A DNA stretch of 64,000 nucleotides from Rhizaria sp. SCN 62-66 (taxonomy: Eukaryota). The stretch spans positions 1 to 64,000 of the forward strand of contig MEDY01000208.1 of the NCBI GenBank assembly GCA_001724265.1, read 5' to 3'. Position 1 is the first letter of the stretch. Every line of letters starts with the position of its first letter. This document shows positions 1-11,186 of the stretch, piece after piece. The position numbers and the translations under genes are program-made. The notes under the pieces are model-generated. The model saw only the letters and a list, made by a program, of their open reading frames with translations. It had not been told where the DNA came from and made no database searches.

Positions 1-1761
1 TCGTGTTTGTGCGCAAATGGTTAGCAATCTCACATTGTAGTTGCGCACTCTTCGACACCACCTGCCCCGTCCCTTCCGTTGGGGTTCTCAAAATATCACT
101 GCCAGCTTGGCAGACTAAAAGGATTACTACCTCTAGACCTTGAAAGAGAGTCTATTTGAGGACTGATCAGACAAAAGATATCCTCATAAGCCTACATTAC
201 AAGTAAAAAGGAAAAAATGGACTTGAAATATACCTCCGGACTATTATTAGATCTGATTTCCGTGGCCTAAGTTGTTGACGCCTCAAGCTCAACGACTTTG
301 TTGTTGCACAGCTTTAGTAACGGTCGTGATAGCACAGTAATGCAGCAAGCACCAAGATGTCAATGAAGCGTACTTTTCAGGCGCAATGCTTTCCTGTGTA
401 GAAATAAAAAGTGGCTACCTTTGTGGGATACACAAGCAATTTAGGTTGCACAACAACACAACATTGACATCATCTCGCTCGACGGAGTCGACGTCGAAGC
501 AAACAACTATAAACGAAGTCGACCTTGTATAAATCAAAATGTTACACAATTTGTGTATAAAGAATATAGTATATTTTTCATTTCTGCAATTGAATATCGC
601 CGTTGAATTTGAGGTCTATGACTGGAAAATTATTTTTTGATATGCTCATCTTTTATTTTCTTGCATTTAAAATTTGTTGATCGTCAAAACTTGCAACAAG
701 TTTTAAATGTACTTGATACATTGACTAAAATAATTTAAAATGTTGAAACAGTCATAAACAAGGACACATCATGCCTTGTCGAATTTCAACATAAAATGGC
801 GTGAGTCACAGACTTCGTATAAAGGGATTTCACGATGGGTGACTTCGAAGTTTGCGTTTCTTTAGCAAAGCATTTTCAGAAATAAAGGTTGCGTTCAATT
901 AAATGTTCTGATGCTATAGCTATGCTGAGCCTCAGCATATGTTACAACATATGTGATCATATTACGCATCTTGTCTGACATTTTACCACAGTTGCTTTGC
1001 TTGATGTTACAACACAGTTTACGAAGATATTAATGTCATAGGAGCTCTAGTTTCTACATTAACAGGGCAGAACGCGTGATGTAGTCGCTATCACGCAAGA
1101 TAGGCTATTATTTTGATTAATCTGTGTCATCATAAACGGTTTTTCAAGTCACATCGTGGTGTTATTCTCTGTCGTCGCTCTCACATAACTGAAAAACAAA
1201 GTGTTGCATGTGAGTCATTGAGCTACTGGGAACGCGTTTCGGCAGATTGGCATCTCAAACTCAACGTGCAGTGACTGGCTTATTCATATTCACCTAGATA
1301 CACTTGCGCTGGAGCCCTTACGATACGACTTGAATGCCCAACGGTTGAATGTAATCGCACAGAATACAAGATAACAGTACACTCAACAAAAATATGCACA
1401 GCATAGAATTTATCTTGTACATTAGTATCAGATTTGTAAATATGAACTGACAGTGATAATGTTTAGGACATGGAACAGCGGGAAATAAGGCATTTTGAGA
1501 TGAACACTTGGTAAAAAATCGTTTGTGGTGGAGCTTTCCTCGAGCTTTCTCCATATCTTTGACGCTCAGTTGTTCACTTCTACTCAATCGTCATGGATGG
1601 TTGTTGTATCGAATATTTGTAATACATCTTGTTTGAAGCCAGATTATTTCATGAAATCTATCTTACAAGATCAGTACACGTTGTAAGTCTCCATTTTGTC
1701 CTGCAGCCAGCAGCCGTTCAGTGCTGGCGTTGAGCTGCTGTTCTTTATCGCCACACACCCC

Positions 1762-4700
1762 ATGGCAGAGGATGGAGCTTTGTGGGTGACGGAGCTTATT
1801 AAGCCATCGAGCCACACACCCATGTACGGACCTGCGACTCCCACACCACCACAGCTGACCGTGTCATGCGCCCTGCTGCCGTCCGAGAGTAGTGCACCTC
1901 AAGAGCAACTCGCGTTGACTGCCGCGCCCCCTGCGTCTCGCGCCTGGCTCTCGGACCTCACTCCGTGCCCGCTCCCGGCGCTCGTTGCGGGCCCGCCGCT
2001 GTCTTCGCTCTACGCGAACGCGGACCTGCCGCCCGGCGTCGACGGCTCGGCCCGCTCGACGGCCACGGAGCTGTGCATGCGATTTGCCTTTCCGAGCGCT
2101 GCCTCGCACCCTGCGCTTAACACCGTACAGCTCCCCAGCGGCGTCCGCGCGGCGCCCGCCGCCGCCCCCGTGCTTGCACCGGGACTCGAGCTGCTTACTG
2201 ACCCCACGCGCGTGCGATGCGCGGCCTATGAGGCGCTCTACGCATGGTCTTCCAAAGCTTCAGTTTCTCCGCAGCCTCCACAGCAACCGCAACAGCAACA
2301 GCAACAGCACGAGCAACAGCGGCAGCTTGCGCTCTCGGCGTAGCATCAGTGGGAGCCTATACTACTCCTACCCGACGCCAAATTTCAGCCGAGACTGAGG
2401 CCGCAGTCACCGTATCTGCCGTCTCACTAGTCTTCGTCACCACTGTCCGCCGTATCATCTCTGTCCTCTGTGCCGTCTCTGTTGTCCGCGTCGTCGTCAC
2501 GACCGTCTCTATCGCCCCTGTCGCTGTCCCACTCATCATCGTCCCAGTCGCTGTCCAGACTGGCTATCCGCGCTTCACCCACGCTCGCGGCCGCACTCAC
2601 CGCCGCGCTCAAGCCAACACCTACACCAGCTCCTGCACCCGCGCCAACACACGCGCAAACGCAAGCGCCAGCGCACACTTCGGCACTTTCAGCGCCTTTC
2701 GCGCCTGCGCCCGTCGTGGCGCCCGTTGTTGCAGCATCCGCTGGCGCGGTCGCAGCGCCCGCTGTTGCAGTGCCAGCGGCCGCAGTACCCGCCGTCGCAG
2801 CGACCGCAGTTGTAGTGCCCCTGCCGCCGCGGTTGCCGTTGGTGCCGGCCGTGCCCGCGCGCGCGCCTGCCGCGGCCGCGCTGTCGCAATTCTTCGTCCA
2901 CCACGCGTTTAACACAAGGCTTTCGTGGGCGATGGTGACGCCGCCGGCGCACACGTCCCCGATGGTCCGCGCGATGAAGCGTTTCCTGCGGGCTCACGCT
3001 CGGCACCCTGACACCGCGCTGCTGCCGTTTGTCTTGGCGGAGCCCGACGACGCCAACACTGCCGCCATCTGCGCTCATAACGCCACTATGCGCACTGAGA
3101 ATACCACTGTGCGCACTGCGAATACCAATGATAGCGCTGGAGCTGGTATTCCCAGCGCTGCGAGCGTTCATGCCCCGACAGCACCGTCGCGGCCGCAGCC
3201 GACCGGCGCCGCCGCACTGGCGGGTCTTCTGCCCGCGTTGGCGCCCGGCGGGTCGACCGTCGTTGCACTTGACGCGCTGCTTAACGTGCACGCGCCTGCG
3301 GGGCTCACACCGTCTGCGGCGGAGGCGGCGGGTGCGCGGGCAGCGGCGGGCGCACGTAGAGCGGCGGCGCGTCACGCTGCCGCTGCTCAGCCGCAGGAGG
3401 CGAGTGTGCCGCGCCACCAGCAGGCGCAAGATGTTAATCCCGCGGCGATTGCGCAGGGCTGGGAGGCTGAGAAGAACGAGCGCGTGGCGGCGATGTTCGC
3501 GGCAATCATTGCGGATGCGGCCTCGGTCGCTGTGGAGTTGCTCGACGCAAACGCCGAGTCAGACGAAGAGGAGGTCGCACACACTGGCACTGACGTAAGC
3601 GGCGGTGAAAGCGCGCATCCCAGTGAGATGAGCGGTCATGAGTCATACGATGACTGCGCTGTTGTTGCCGACAGTGACGAGGATTGTGTTGAGGCCGTGT
3701 TTACTCCATCTGAGGTTGAATCCGGGTCACATTCACCAGCTGAGGATGCAAACGCGAGTCACAGTGCAAACGATGCGGGTGAAGATGGCTTTGCCACTCG
3801 CCAAGATGACAGTAGCCACTATAATGACTATGGCAGCGACAATGACGGTCATGTCGCTGGCGGGCTTGACCCTACTTGCGCGACTGCAGCTGAAGATGAT
3901 CCCGCCCGTGAGCACGAACACGACACAGGCGGCCTTGAGAGCGAGCATGCGAGTCGAAGCACCCGTGAGAGTGAAGGTGACCGCGCTAGTTTTGCTGACA
4001 ATATGGATGCGAGTGGCAATGCAAGTGCGGATGACAGTGGCAGTAGCAGTACGACTGATGCGGAGGTTGATGATGTTAGTTCGGATCGTGACAGTCCTAG
4101 TGCGAGTGCCAGCGCCAGCACGAGTCACAGCGACCATGACACTGACCGGTCTCGCGCGAGTGCCCGCGATGGTGAGAGTGCCAGCGCGAGTGAAAGTGAC
4201 GGCGACACCGACAACGGCAGCGACAGCAACTATGCCCGATACCTCTCATTTACGGCCAGGGCGACGCAGCGGGTCAAGGCCCGTATTGCCCGCGCGCTCC
4301 CGGCCGCCCGTGCCGCCGCCGCGCTGGCCCGTGCCTCGGCGGCCGCGGACAGCAGCACGGCCTCGCTCACTACTCTGGCCGCCGGCTCTGGCTTCACTGG
4401 CTCCGGCTCTGACCCCAACCCCGACGCAGATCTTGTTTCCGCCGAAGCTGCGGACGCTGCAGACGCCATGACCAGCCTGCGGTTTGCTACGCTGTGCTTC
4501 GGGACGGCGATGGCACAGCCGCTGTTTCTGGCGCTGCCGCGTGCCGCGCTGAGGCGCTTCCTGCGCTCCAGCGAGCTCAACTGCGGGAGCGAGTTTGCGC
4601 TGCTCCAGGCCGTGGTGCGCTGGGGCCGCTTCCGCCTGCGCGCGTATGGTCTTGACGACACGGACCCCGCGCTGGTGCGGCTCGAGCTGCATGATCTACT

Positions 4701-7560
4701 GCCGTTGATCCGCTTCGGCGCGATGACTGCGGACCAGATCGCGATTGTCACGCAGGGCGGCGCGCTGGCGGAGGACTTTGACGCCGCGCTCTTCCGCCGC
4801 TGCCGCGCCACCGATGTCATCCGGATGCCCGCCGAGTACATCGCGTGCGCGGACCACGTCACGTTTAATTATACGACACAGCCGCCGTCGTCGTTGCCGC
4901 CGCCGAGCTCCGAGTCAACCACTGGTGGTGGTGGTGGTGGTGGTGCTGCTGCTGCGACGGTGAAACCGCCAGCGTCAGGCCCGACGGAGAGTATGAAATA
5001 GCTGGCGCGTGACGACAAATTCCTCTCGGAGCTCCGGCCCCCGACAGCGGGGCTGGCGTGGTCGGCGGACGCGCCCACGGCGGCGGAGGTATACCTGCCT
5101 CGCTTCGCTGCCCCGCGCCGTCTTCGCCGCGATGCTGTGACAGACATTGATACAACAGCGGACCTAGACGCGCATTAGGAGACGACACCGCGCTGTCTGT
5201 TTACTGCCAGCGAGGTTCGGTCACTGCGCAGTCTCAGCGAGGCCGCCAACCGGGGCTGGGCCCCGCTGTTGCGCGCCACCGCGGCCGCCGCGTCGCAGGA
5301 CCACAACTTCGCGGTGCAACACCGCTCCGCAGCGGCCGCCGCACGTGATCGCAGCGCCGCGGCGCCGCGGCGCCGCCTTGTCGACTCGAGCGACGACGAC
5401 GACGACAGTGACAACGACGGCAACCGCGATGATGACGAACGCAGGCGCCGTGAGCGTGAAATCGCCACAGCGCCTTTGATGCCGCTGTTTATTCGCGCCG
5501 CGCCGCTGCTCCCGGGCGCTCTGGAGACGCTGTACCCTGCGGTGGAGGCCCAGCCGTTCTCCGGCTTTCGCTCTTGCTCTGGTGACGACGAGGAGACAGC
5601 GGGGGCGAAGGCGAGGGCCGCGGCTGCAGATAGCTTCACGCCGTGGGTGCTGCGCTGCGCGGGCGACTAGGCCACGACGGCGATCAGTCCCCCAGTCATT
5701 GTGTCGCACTCACAGACGCCCAGGGCGGCCGCGTCGCGGTTCGAAAGCCGTGCGCCAAAGTCGTACTCCGCGATTGTAGCCAATCTGCGCATGAGGCAGT
5801 GTCACATGGGCGGAACCGCTGCGATGCTGCGGCATCTGACCGCTGACGCTGAGAGCAAGATTCATCCCACGTCTCATCAGCTACCCAATTTGGCCACAAC
5901 ACCTGTGTTTACAGCAACGGCTCCGCCGATATGCGCAGAGGAGTTGAACACCGACGGAGAGCTCTCCGACTGCAGCCGAAGCGCTCATGGCGCGAGCGAG
6001 TCCGCGCATCAGTTGCCGCGCGTGCCACGTGTACCTGTGCTGTGCACGATGTACACACTGTCGGTACCTGTGACTACGCTCGCAAATCGCCCTGCTGACT
6101 GCCACAGCGCCTCGGCGACGCTGACTGTGCGCCACTGCTACGGCGCGTGCACAGGCATCAACACGAATTACTCAGATAACGGCGGTTTCGACTGCGGCTG
6201 CTCTGGCCCCGCGCCGCCGCTGCCACATGGCTGCGCGCGCGCTACGCTGGCGCTGCCCGGTGCGGCGTTTCTGCGGGCCCGCAACGCGCGCGCGGTGATG
6301 TGTGCGTGCGTGCGTGGCGTGCACTGGCCGCCCGAGGCGTTGCGCCGCGGCTCCTTTGAGCTGCTGCCGCTGATCGCGCTCCTGTGCGTTAGCTGCGGCC
6401 TCCTCCCGCGCATGGCCACGGTGTGGGGGCCGATGTTCCTTGGCGCCAGTCTCGACCGGCTCGCGCCGCCGGTGCTGCTCGCCGCACTCTCACGGCTGCT
6501 GCCCGTGGACCCCGGGGCGAGCGAGCCGCTGCCGAAGACGGGCCGCGTGCGGCCTGAGCAGCTGCACGGCGTGGCCAACGAGCTTGCGCGGCCGCTGGTC
6601 GGCCCGCTCGCGCCGTGGATGATACGCGCGCGCTGGGGCCTTGGCTGCATGGCGCGCGGTCTGCTCGGTCTGTCGTACACGCTCGTGACGACGCCCGCGC
6701 TGGGCACGCTCGCGGGCGTTCTTGCGCCGGGGCTGCACGGGACGTTCCTCATTCTCTACGGCGGCGTCGTGCACGAGGCGCTGCTTCGCTATGTCTCGCG
6801 CCAGCGCTACCGCAAGTCGACCTGGCGCGAGGCGCTGAGCGGGCTGCCCTGGCTGACACTCTCGGCCACGACAGCCTCGATCGCGCTTGTGCACATGAAG
6901 CTTGCGGGTGTGCTGGCGATATCAAGCACGGTCGCGCTGGCGCCCGCGATCGCCGTTGCCTCCGGGCTGCATCTGCTGCGCGGCACGGACTGGGTGCGGC
7001 GCTCTCCGTGGCGCGAGGCCGTGGTGCGTAACGAGATCGCGGACCGCTACGGGACGCTAATGTGCTTCACGCGCCTGCTCGCCGCGCTGGCGTTGCGCCA
7101 CATGCTCGCTGTGCGCTTCGACGGCGAGTCCGTGACGCCCGACATCATCCCGCGCCCGGTCAAGGACCTGCTGTGGGCGGGCACGTGGCCGATGCGCGCG
7201 CTGTTCACCTGGTCCTTCTCGTGGGACGGACTGCGCGGGGTTGCCGATGCCGTGCGCGCCGCGCTGCTCGCGCCGTGGGGCAGCGGCGACGCGGTGCGCT
7301 GGTACTCGCCGCTTTGCCAGCTGCCACGGCCCTACTACCGCGGCCTTGCGCGGCGGCTCAACCCGCTGCTGTGGCTGCGCAACTGGCTCAGCCCGCCGCG
7401 CATCTTCGCCGCGGTCCCGCTGCTCGAAGTGTATTTCGGCACCTCGCTGGCGCTCTCCAAGACGGACTTTGGCGACAGCGGTGACAACTCAACCGTCGAC
7501 AGAGATCCTATCGATATTGCAGCGCATTTGAATGTTGCTGTTACTTGCGCGTTTCCCTAA
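1762..7560 (+). CDS. Large BACK-domain protein (~1932 aa) with low-complexity regions and a hydrophobic multi-TM C-terminus. It is one reading frame only if five in-frame TAG codons are read as sense; otherwise a pseudogene.
   Basis: Track ORFs 1696-2343, 2470-5001, 5269-5670 and 5701-7560 share one frame. They are separated only by TAG at 2341, 2428, 4999, 5176 and 5668, with no TAA/TGA until TAA 7558-7560. BACK-like motif PLFLALPRAALRRFLRSSELNCGSEFALLQAVVRWG...LHDLLPLIRFGAMTADQI at ~4520-4745. The start ATG is tentative. Confidence 0.6.
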
Positions 7561-8693
7561 ATGCACAAACTGAGTGGTGACTAGCTAAGCTTTGCTCTTC
7601 GGTTCTGTTGCATGTAATACAGTACTACGGACTAGTTTTAACTTAAGCTTATCGATTTATAATATAAAGTAAGGATACATATGATTCGAGTGATTTAGCA
7701 ATATGTACGCGTACATAACTGTTGTTGTGGGATGCAAAGGTATGAGGTTGTGTATTGAGCGCTGCAAAACTGGCGCACGATTGTAATTGTGAAAAGAATG
7801 GGTGGTTTTGATGATACGATACGATACGATTGACTGTGCTACTACTATTGGTGAAGAACAACGACATGCGGTGTCGCGTTGCAGTGCGCGGGACTCTCTG
7901 TACCAGTGAGCTAGATACAGAGAAAGGTCCACCGCGCACTGGACGCAAATCAGAGAGACTGCGTACTGCGCGTGGTGCGAAAATCGCACTCCAGACAGGC
8001 AGTGTCTTCACCAAATCATCTCACACACACCACACACTAAACACACACAGATCTCGATGGATTTAAAACAACGGTTGTTGTGTTGAATATGAACTGAGAG
8101 AAAAACAGACAAAGAAGAACCTAAAATAATAACATTACTTTACTAAGGAAAGAAGGCAACAAGAGAACAAACAACGCGAGATAGATTTATCTCACATCTT
8201 CGTCTACACTTGTTGTTGGTGTCTACATACTTGCGACTCACACACGGTTGCTCTGTGAATGACGAACAACACAACCAGAGCGACATCGACAATCACGCCG
8301 AAAACGCGGGTCATCGTCATGTTCATCAAGTACTATTGCTGCAGCAGCTGCTGCTGTTGCTGTTGCTGTTGTCGCAGTAAAGAGAACTACCAAGACACGG
8401 AGGTATCAGATTAGCAAGCTCACGGTACTCAGCCCAAGAAAATAAGGACTTTGTAATAGAAACACATCGCAACACACGAACGTCAATACGAAGGACAGAG
8501 ACTCGCAAAGAGCGTTGTCTAGGAAAGCGCCTATGTGAGCGGAGAGTTTAAAAAGAAACATAATTCTGTGATGGCTTGCTGCGTTACACGCGGCGGGGAG
8601 GCAGTTCAGTTCAGCGCACTGCATTGGGATGATTTACACTACACCACAGTGCGACGCCTGCGCTGGTGGCGGCGGAGCGTCTCGCTGGCGCGC

Positions 8694-11186
8694 TTAGTAG
8701 TGGCGCTCAAGAACGTACCAGCCGAAGGAGCGGATCATGACCTTGTAGTACGAGTCCGGGATGGCGGCGTCGAGCAGCTTCCAGGCGTCCTCGACCATGT
8801 CGCGCGCCACCGCCGCGGAGCCCTCGATGGCGTCGACGGACTGCAGCTTCTGGATAAGCTTGCCCACCACGGCCGGGTCCTGGGGCTTGGTCTTGAGCAC
8901 GGACCAGAACTCGGTGCGGTCGGCGGCCGACAGCTTGGTCATGCCGAACGCGACGGGGTAGGTGACCTTGCCCTCGCGGAGGTCCTCGCCCTTGGTCTTA
9001 ACGTCGCCCTCGAAGCCCTTGAGGTTGAGCACGTCGTCGATGATCTGGAACGCGATGCCGATCGACTCCATGTACCGGCCGATGACCTCGATCTGCGTGG
9101 GCGTCGCGCCGCCGATGAGCGCGCCCATGCGCGCGAGGTTGCCGGCGGGAACGGCCGACTTGAGGCGGTGCGTGCACGTGACGGCGCGGAGCAGCTCCTG
9201 CGGGTCCTGCTCGCCAGAGCAGATGGCGTCCATGCGGTAGTCCTGGCCGTAGATGTCAAAGGCCTGGCCGGAGTGGCCCGCGCGCAGGGTGAGGAAGTAG
9301 AGCTCGTAGAGGCGCAGACGCATCTCGGGGGTCAGGTCGGGCGTGCGCGACTGGAGGACGTCCATGGCGAGGAAGTAGGCCGAGGTGCCGACGTTGATGG
9401 CGATGGGCTCGCCGTGCTTCAGGTGGCACGTGGGGCCGCCGCGGCGCGTGACCGACTTATCCTGGATGTCGTCGACGATGAGGGAGCCGACGTGCATGAG
9501 CTCGGGCATCGCGAGCCAGTGCTGGAACTTGAGCGAGTTGCCGCCGACGCAGTCGATGCAGAGCAGGCAGGCGTAGGAGCGCCAGGCCTTGCCGCCGCGG
9601 TCGATGATCTCGCGCATCGGCAGGATCATCGTGTCGTTAAAGACCTTGAGGTCGGCGCCGTCCATGTAGTGGTCGTTCTGCTTGTCGGCGAGCAGGTCAC
9701 GCGCCTGCTCGTACGTGGGGTTTAGCGGCATCACGTTGCGGACCTCGTCGCGGACGACATTGGAGATGATCTTGAAGAACTCATCAAGCGAGCCCGTGTC
9801 GCCGAATCCGTGGCGCTCGAGGAAGGCGTTACCCGTGACAGGGACGCCGTCGATGGAGCCCGTGACGCGCATGCGGCCCTCCCAGAAGGACGGCTTGGCG
9901 ATCAGAGTCATGATCTCCTGCTGCGGCATGATGGCCTCGAGCTGGAGGTCGATCTTGCCCGACGGCACGGTGAGCTTCCACGACAGCGGGTATTTGGCCG
10001 AGGAGCGGACCGAGGTCCAGAAGTTGGTGCCCTCGAGCTCGAGGTCGGGGTACTCGACGCGGGACGAGTCGGCGCCGATGACGATGGCGAAGTTGTCGTA
10101 GATCTCGCCAGTGCGCCAGTCGACGAGGTTCGTCGCAGTGATGTCGCGACCGTCCTCGAGCTGCATCGAGAACCAGTTCCACGCGTATGAGGCGTCCTTC
10201 TCAGCCTTGGACTCCTCCTCGACCTCGAGCTTGGGGGCGGCAGCGGGGGCGTCGGAGTCCGTTGCGGCGGCGCCAGCAGCGCCGGTGGTCGCGGTGGCGG
10301 CGGCGGCGCCGTCGGCGTCGGAGGCCTTGAGCTCCTCGTTGTGCTGCTTGGTGTAGACGTTGTCGCGGATGCCGCCGCCGAACTCGTGGTCGTACCACGC
10401 GGCGCCCGTGATGGGGATCTTGCGATCACCGAGCGTGATGGAACCCACCATCTGGTTGCGCGGGATGAAGTAGTAGAACATCGTCTCCTGCTTGACGCCG
10501 ACCTGGACGACGCCGCCGTGGCCCTGGCGGGTGGGCTTCTTCTGCGGAGTCAGCACGACCTCGAACGAGACCTTGGTGGTGGGGAAGTTGACACCCATCG
10601 AGTACGTGGTGTTGTCGGCGTTCTTGCGGAAGTAGTTGCCGTTGCCGTAGTCAAGGTTGAGCTCGGTGGTGGAGACAACGCAGGCCTTCTCCATGGGCAC
10701 GTCTGGAAGGGGGACATGGCCCTTGTTGGCGATCTCGAGCATGGCGCGCGCGAGACGCGAGTCGAGGTCGTACATGCCGTTCTCGAGCTGATACTTGAGC
10801 ACCTTGGGCGTCTCGGCGTCAACGTACGTGACGGGGTAGTAGGCCTTCTTGGCGACATCGAGGACGCCGCCGGAGAGAGCGTGAAGGTGCTGCGGGTTGC
10901 CGTCCTTGTCCTTGCCCTTGAAGACGCGGAAGAAGGACGCAAAGACGGAGAACTCGTTGCCTTCGGCGTCCTTGGCGTGCGAGTTGACGTACCACCACTC
11001 GGTGTTAGCGGAAGCGTGGGGCAGGTCCGCAGTCATGAGGTCGATGTCGCCCTCGGCGGCAGGCCAGTCGGACGGGCGGACGTAAGTCTTGTTCAAGGCC
11101 TCGGCGGTGGCGTGGGCCATGCGCTGACGCTTCTTGTCGTTGCCAATCAGCTCATCGGCAGGGCGCACCTGCTGGGTAGACGACAT
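8694..11186 (-). CDS. Fusion protein (830 aa): N-terminal AttH/CrtC-like (lipocalin-like double beta-barrel) domain plus C-terminal trans-prenyl diphosphate (GGPP-type) synthase
   Basis: N-part motifs: LPHASANTEWWY, AWYDHEFGG, YAWNWFSMQL, FWTSVRSSAKYPLSWKL, FWEGRMRVTG. C-part motifs: RGGKAWR, FARM LIVDDIQDKSVTRRG, GQAFD, SARM FQIIDDVLN, GEDLREGKVTYP. Intronless, strong C/G third-position bias, TAA stop. Confidence 0.9.
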   Translation of the reverse strand: MSSTQQVRPADELIGNDKKRQRMAHATAEALNKTYVRPSDWPAAEGDIDLMTADLPHASANTEWWYVNSHAKDAEGNEFSVFASFFRVFKGKDKDGNPQHLHALSGGVLDVAKKAYYPVTYVDAETPKVLKYQLENGMYDLDSRLARAMLEIANKGHVPLPDVPMEKACVVSTTELNLDYGNGNYFRKNADNTTYSMGVNFPTTKVSFEVVLTPQKKPTRQGHGGVVQVGVKQETMFYYFIPRNQMVGSITLGDRKIPITGAAWYDHEFGGGIRDNVYTKQHNEELKASDADGAAAATATTGAAGAAATDSDAPAAAPKLEVEEESKAEKDASYAWNWFSMQLEDGRDITATNLVDWRTGEIYDNFAIVIGADSSRVEYPDLELEGTNFWTSVRSSAKYPLSWKLTVPSGKIDLQLEAIMPQQEIMTLIAKPSFWEGRMRVTGSIDGVPVTGNAFLERHGFGDTGSLDEFFKIISNVVRDEVRNVMPLNPTYEQARDLLADKQNDHYMDGADLKVFNDTMILPMREIIDRGGKAWRSYACLLCIDCVGGNSLKFQHWLAMPELMHVGSLIVDDIQDKSVTRRGGPTCHLKHGEPIAINVGTSAYFLAMDVLQSRTPDLTPEMRLRLYELYFLTLRAGHSGQAFDIYGQDYRMDAICSGEQDPQELLRAVTCTHRLKSAVPAGNLARMGALIGGATPTQIEVIGRYMESIGIAFQIIDDVLNLKGFEGDVKTKGEDLREGKVTYPVAFGMTKLSAADRTEFWSVLKTKPQDPAVVGKLIQKLQSVDAIEGSAAVARDMVEDAWKLLDAAIPDSYYKVMIRSFGWYVLERHY

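Noticed and set aside
1-1700. AT-rich left end as a possible transposon remnant or RNA gene region
   Set aside because: I recognised no terminal repeats, transposase/RT motifs, or tRNA/snRNA/rRNA signatures. A diverged ncRNA cannot be excluded without Infernal or tRNAscan.
1762-7560. A-to-I editing (UAG to UGG/Trp), pyrrolysine or selenocysteine recoding as the cause of the in-frame stops
   Set aside because: The contexts are polar or disordered and poor for Trp. Pyrrolysine is not known in eukaryotes and selenocysteine uses UGA. None of these explains the absence of TAG at gene ends.
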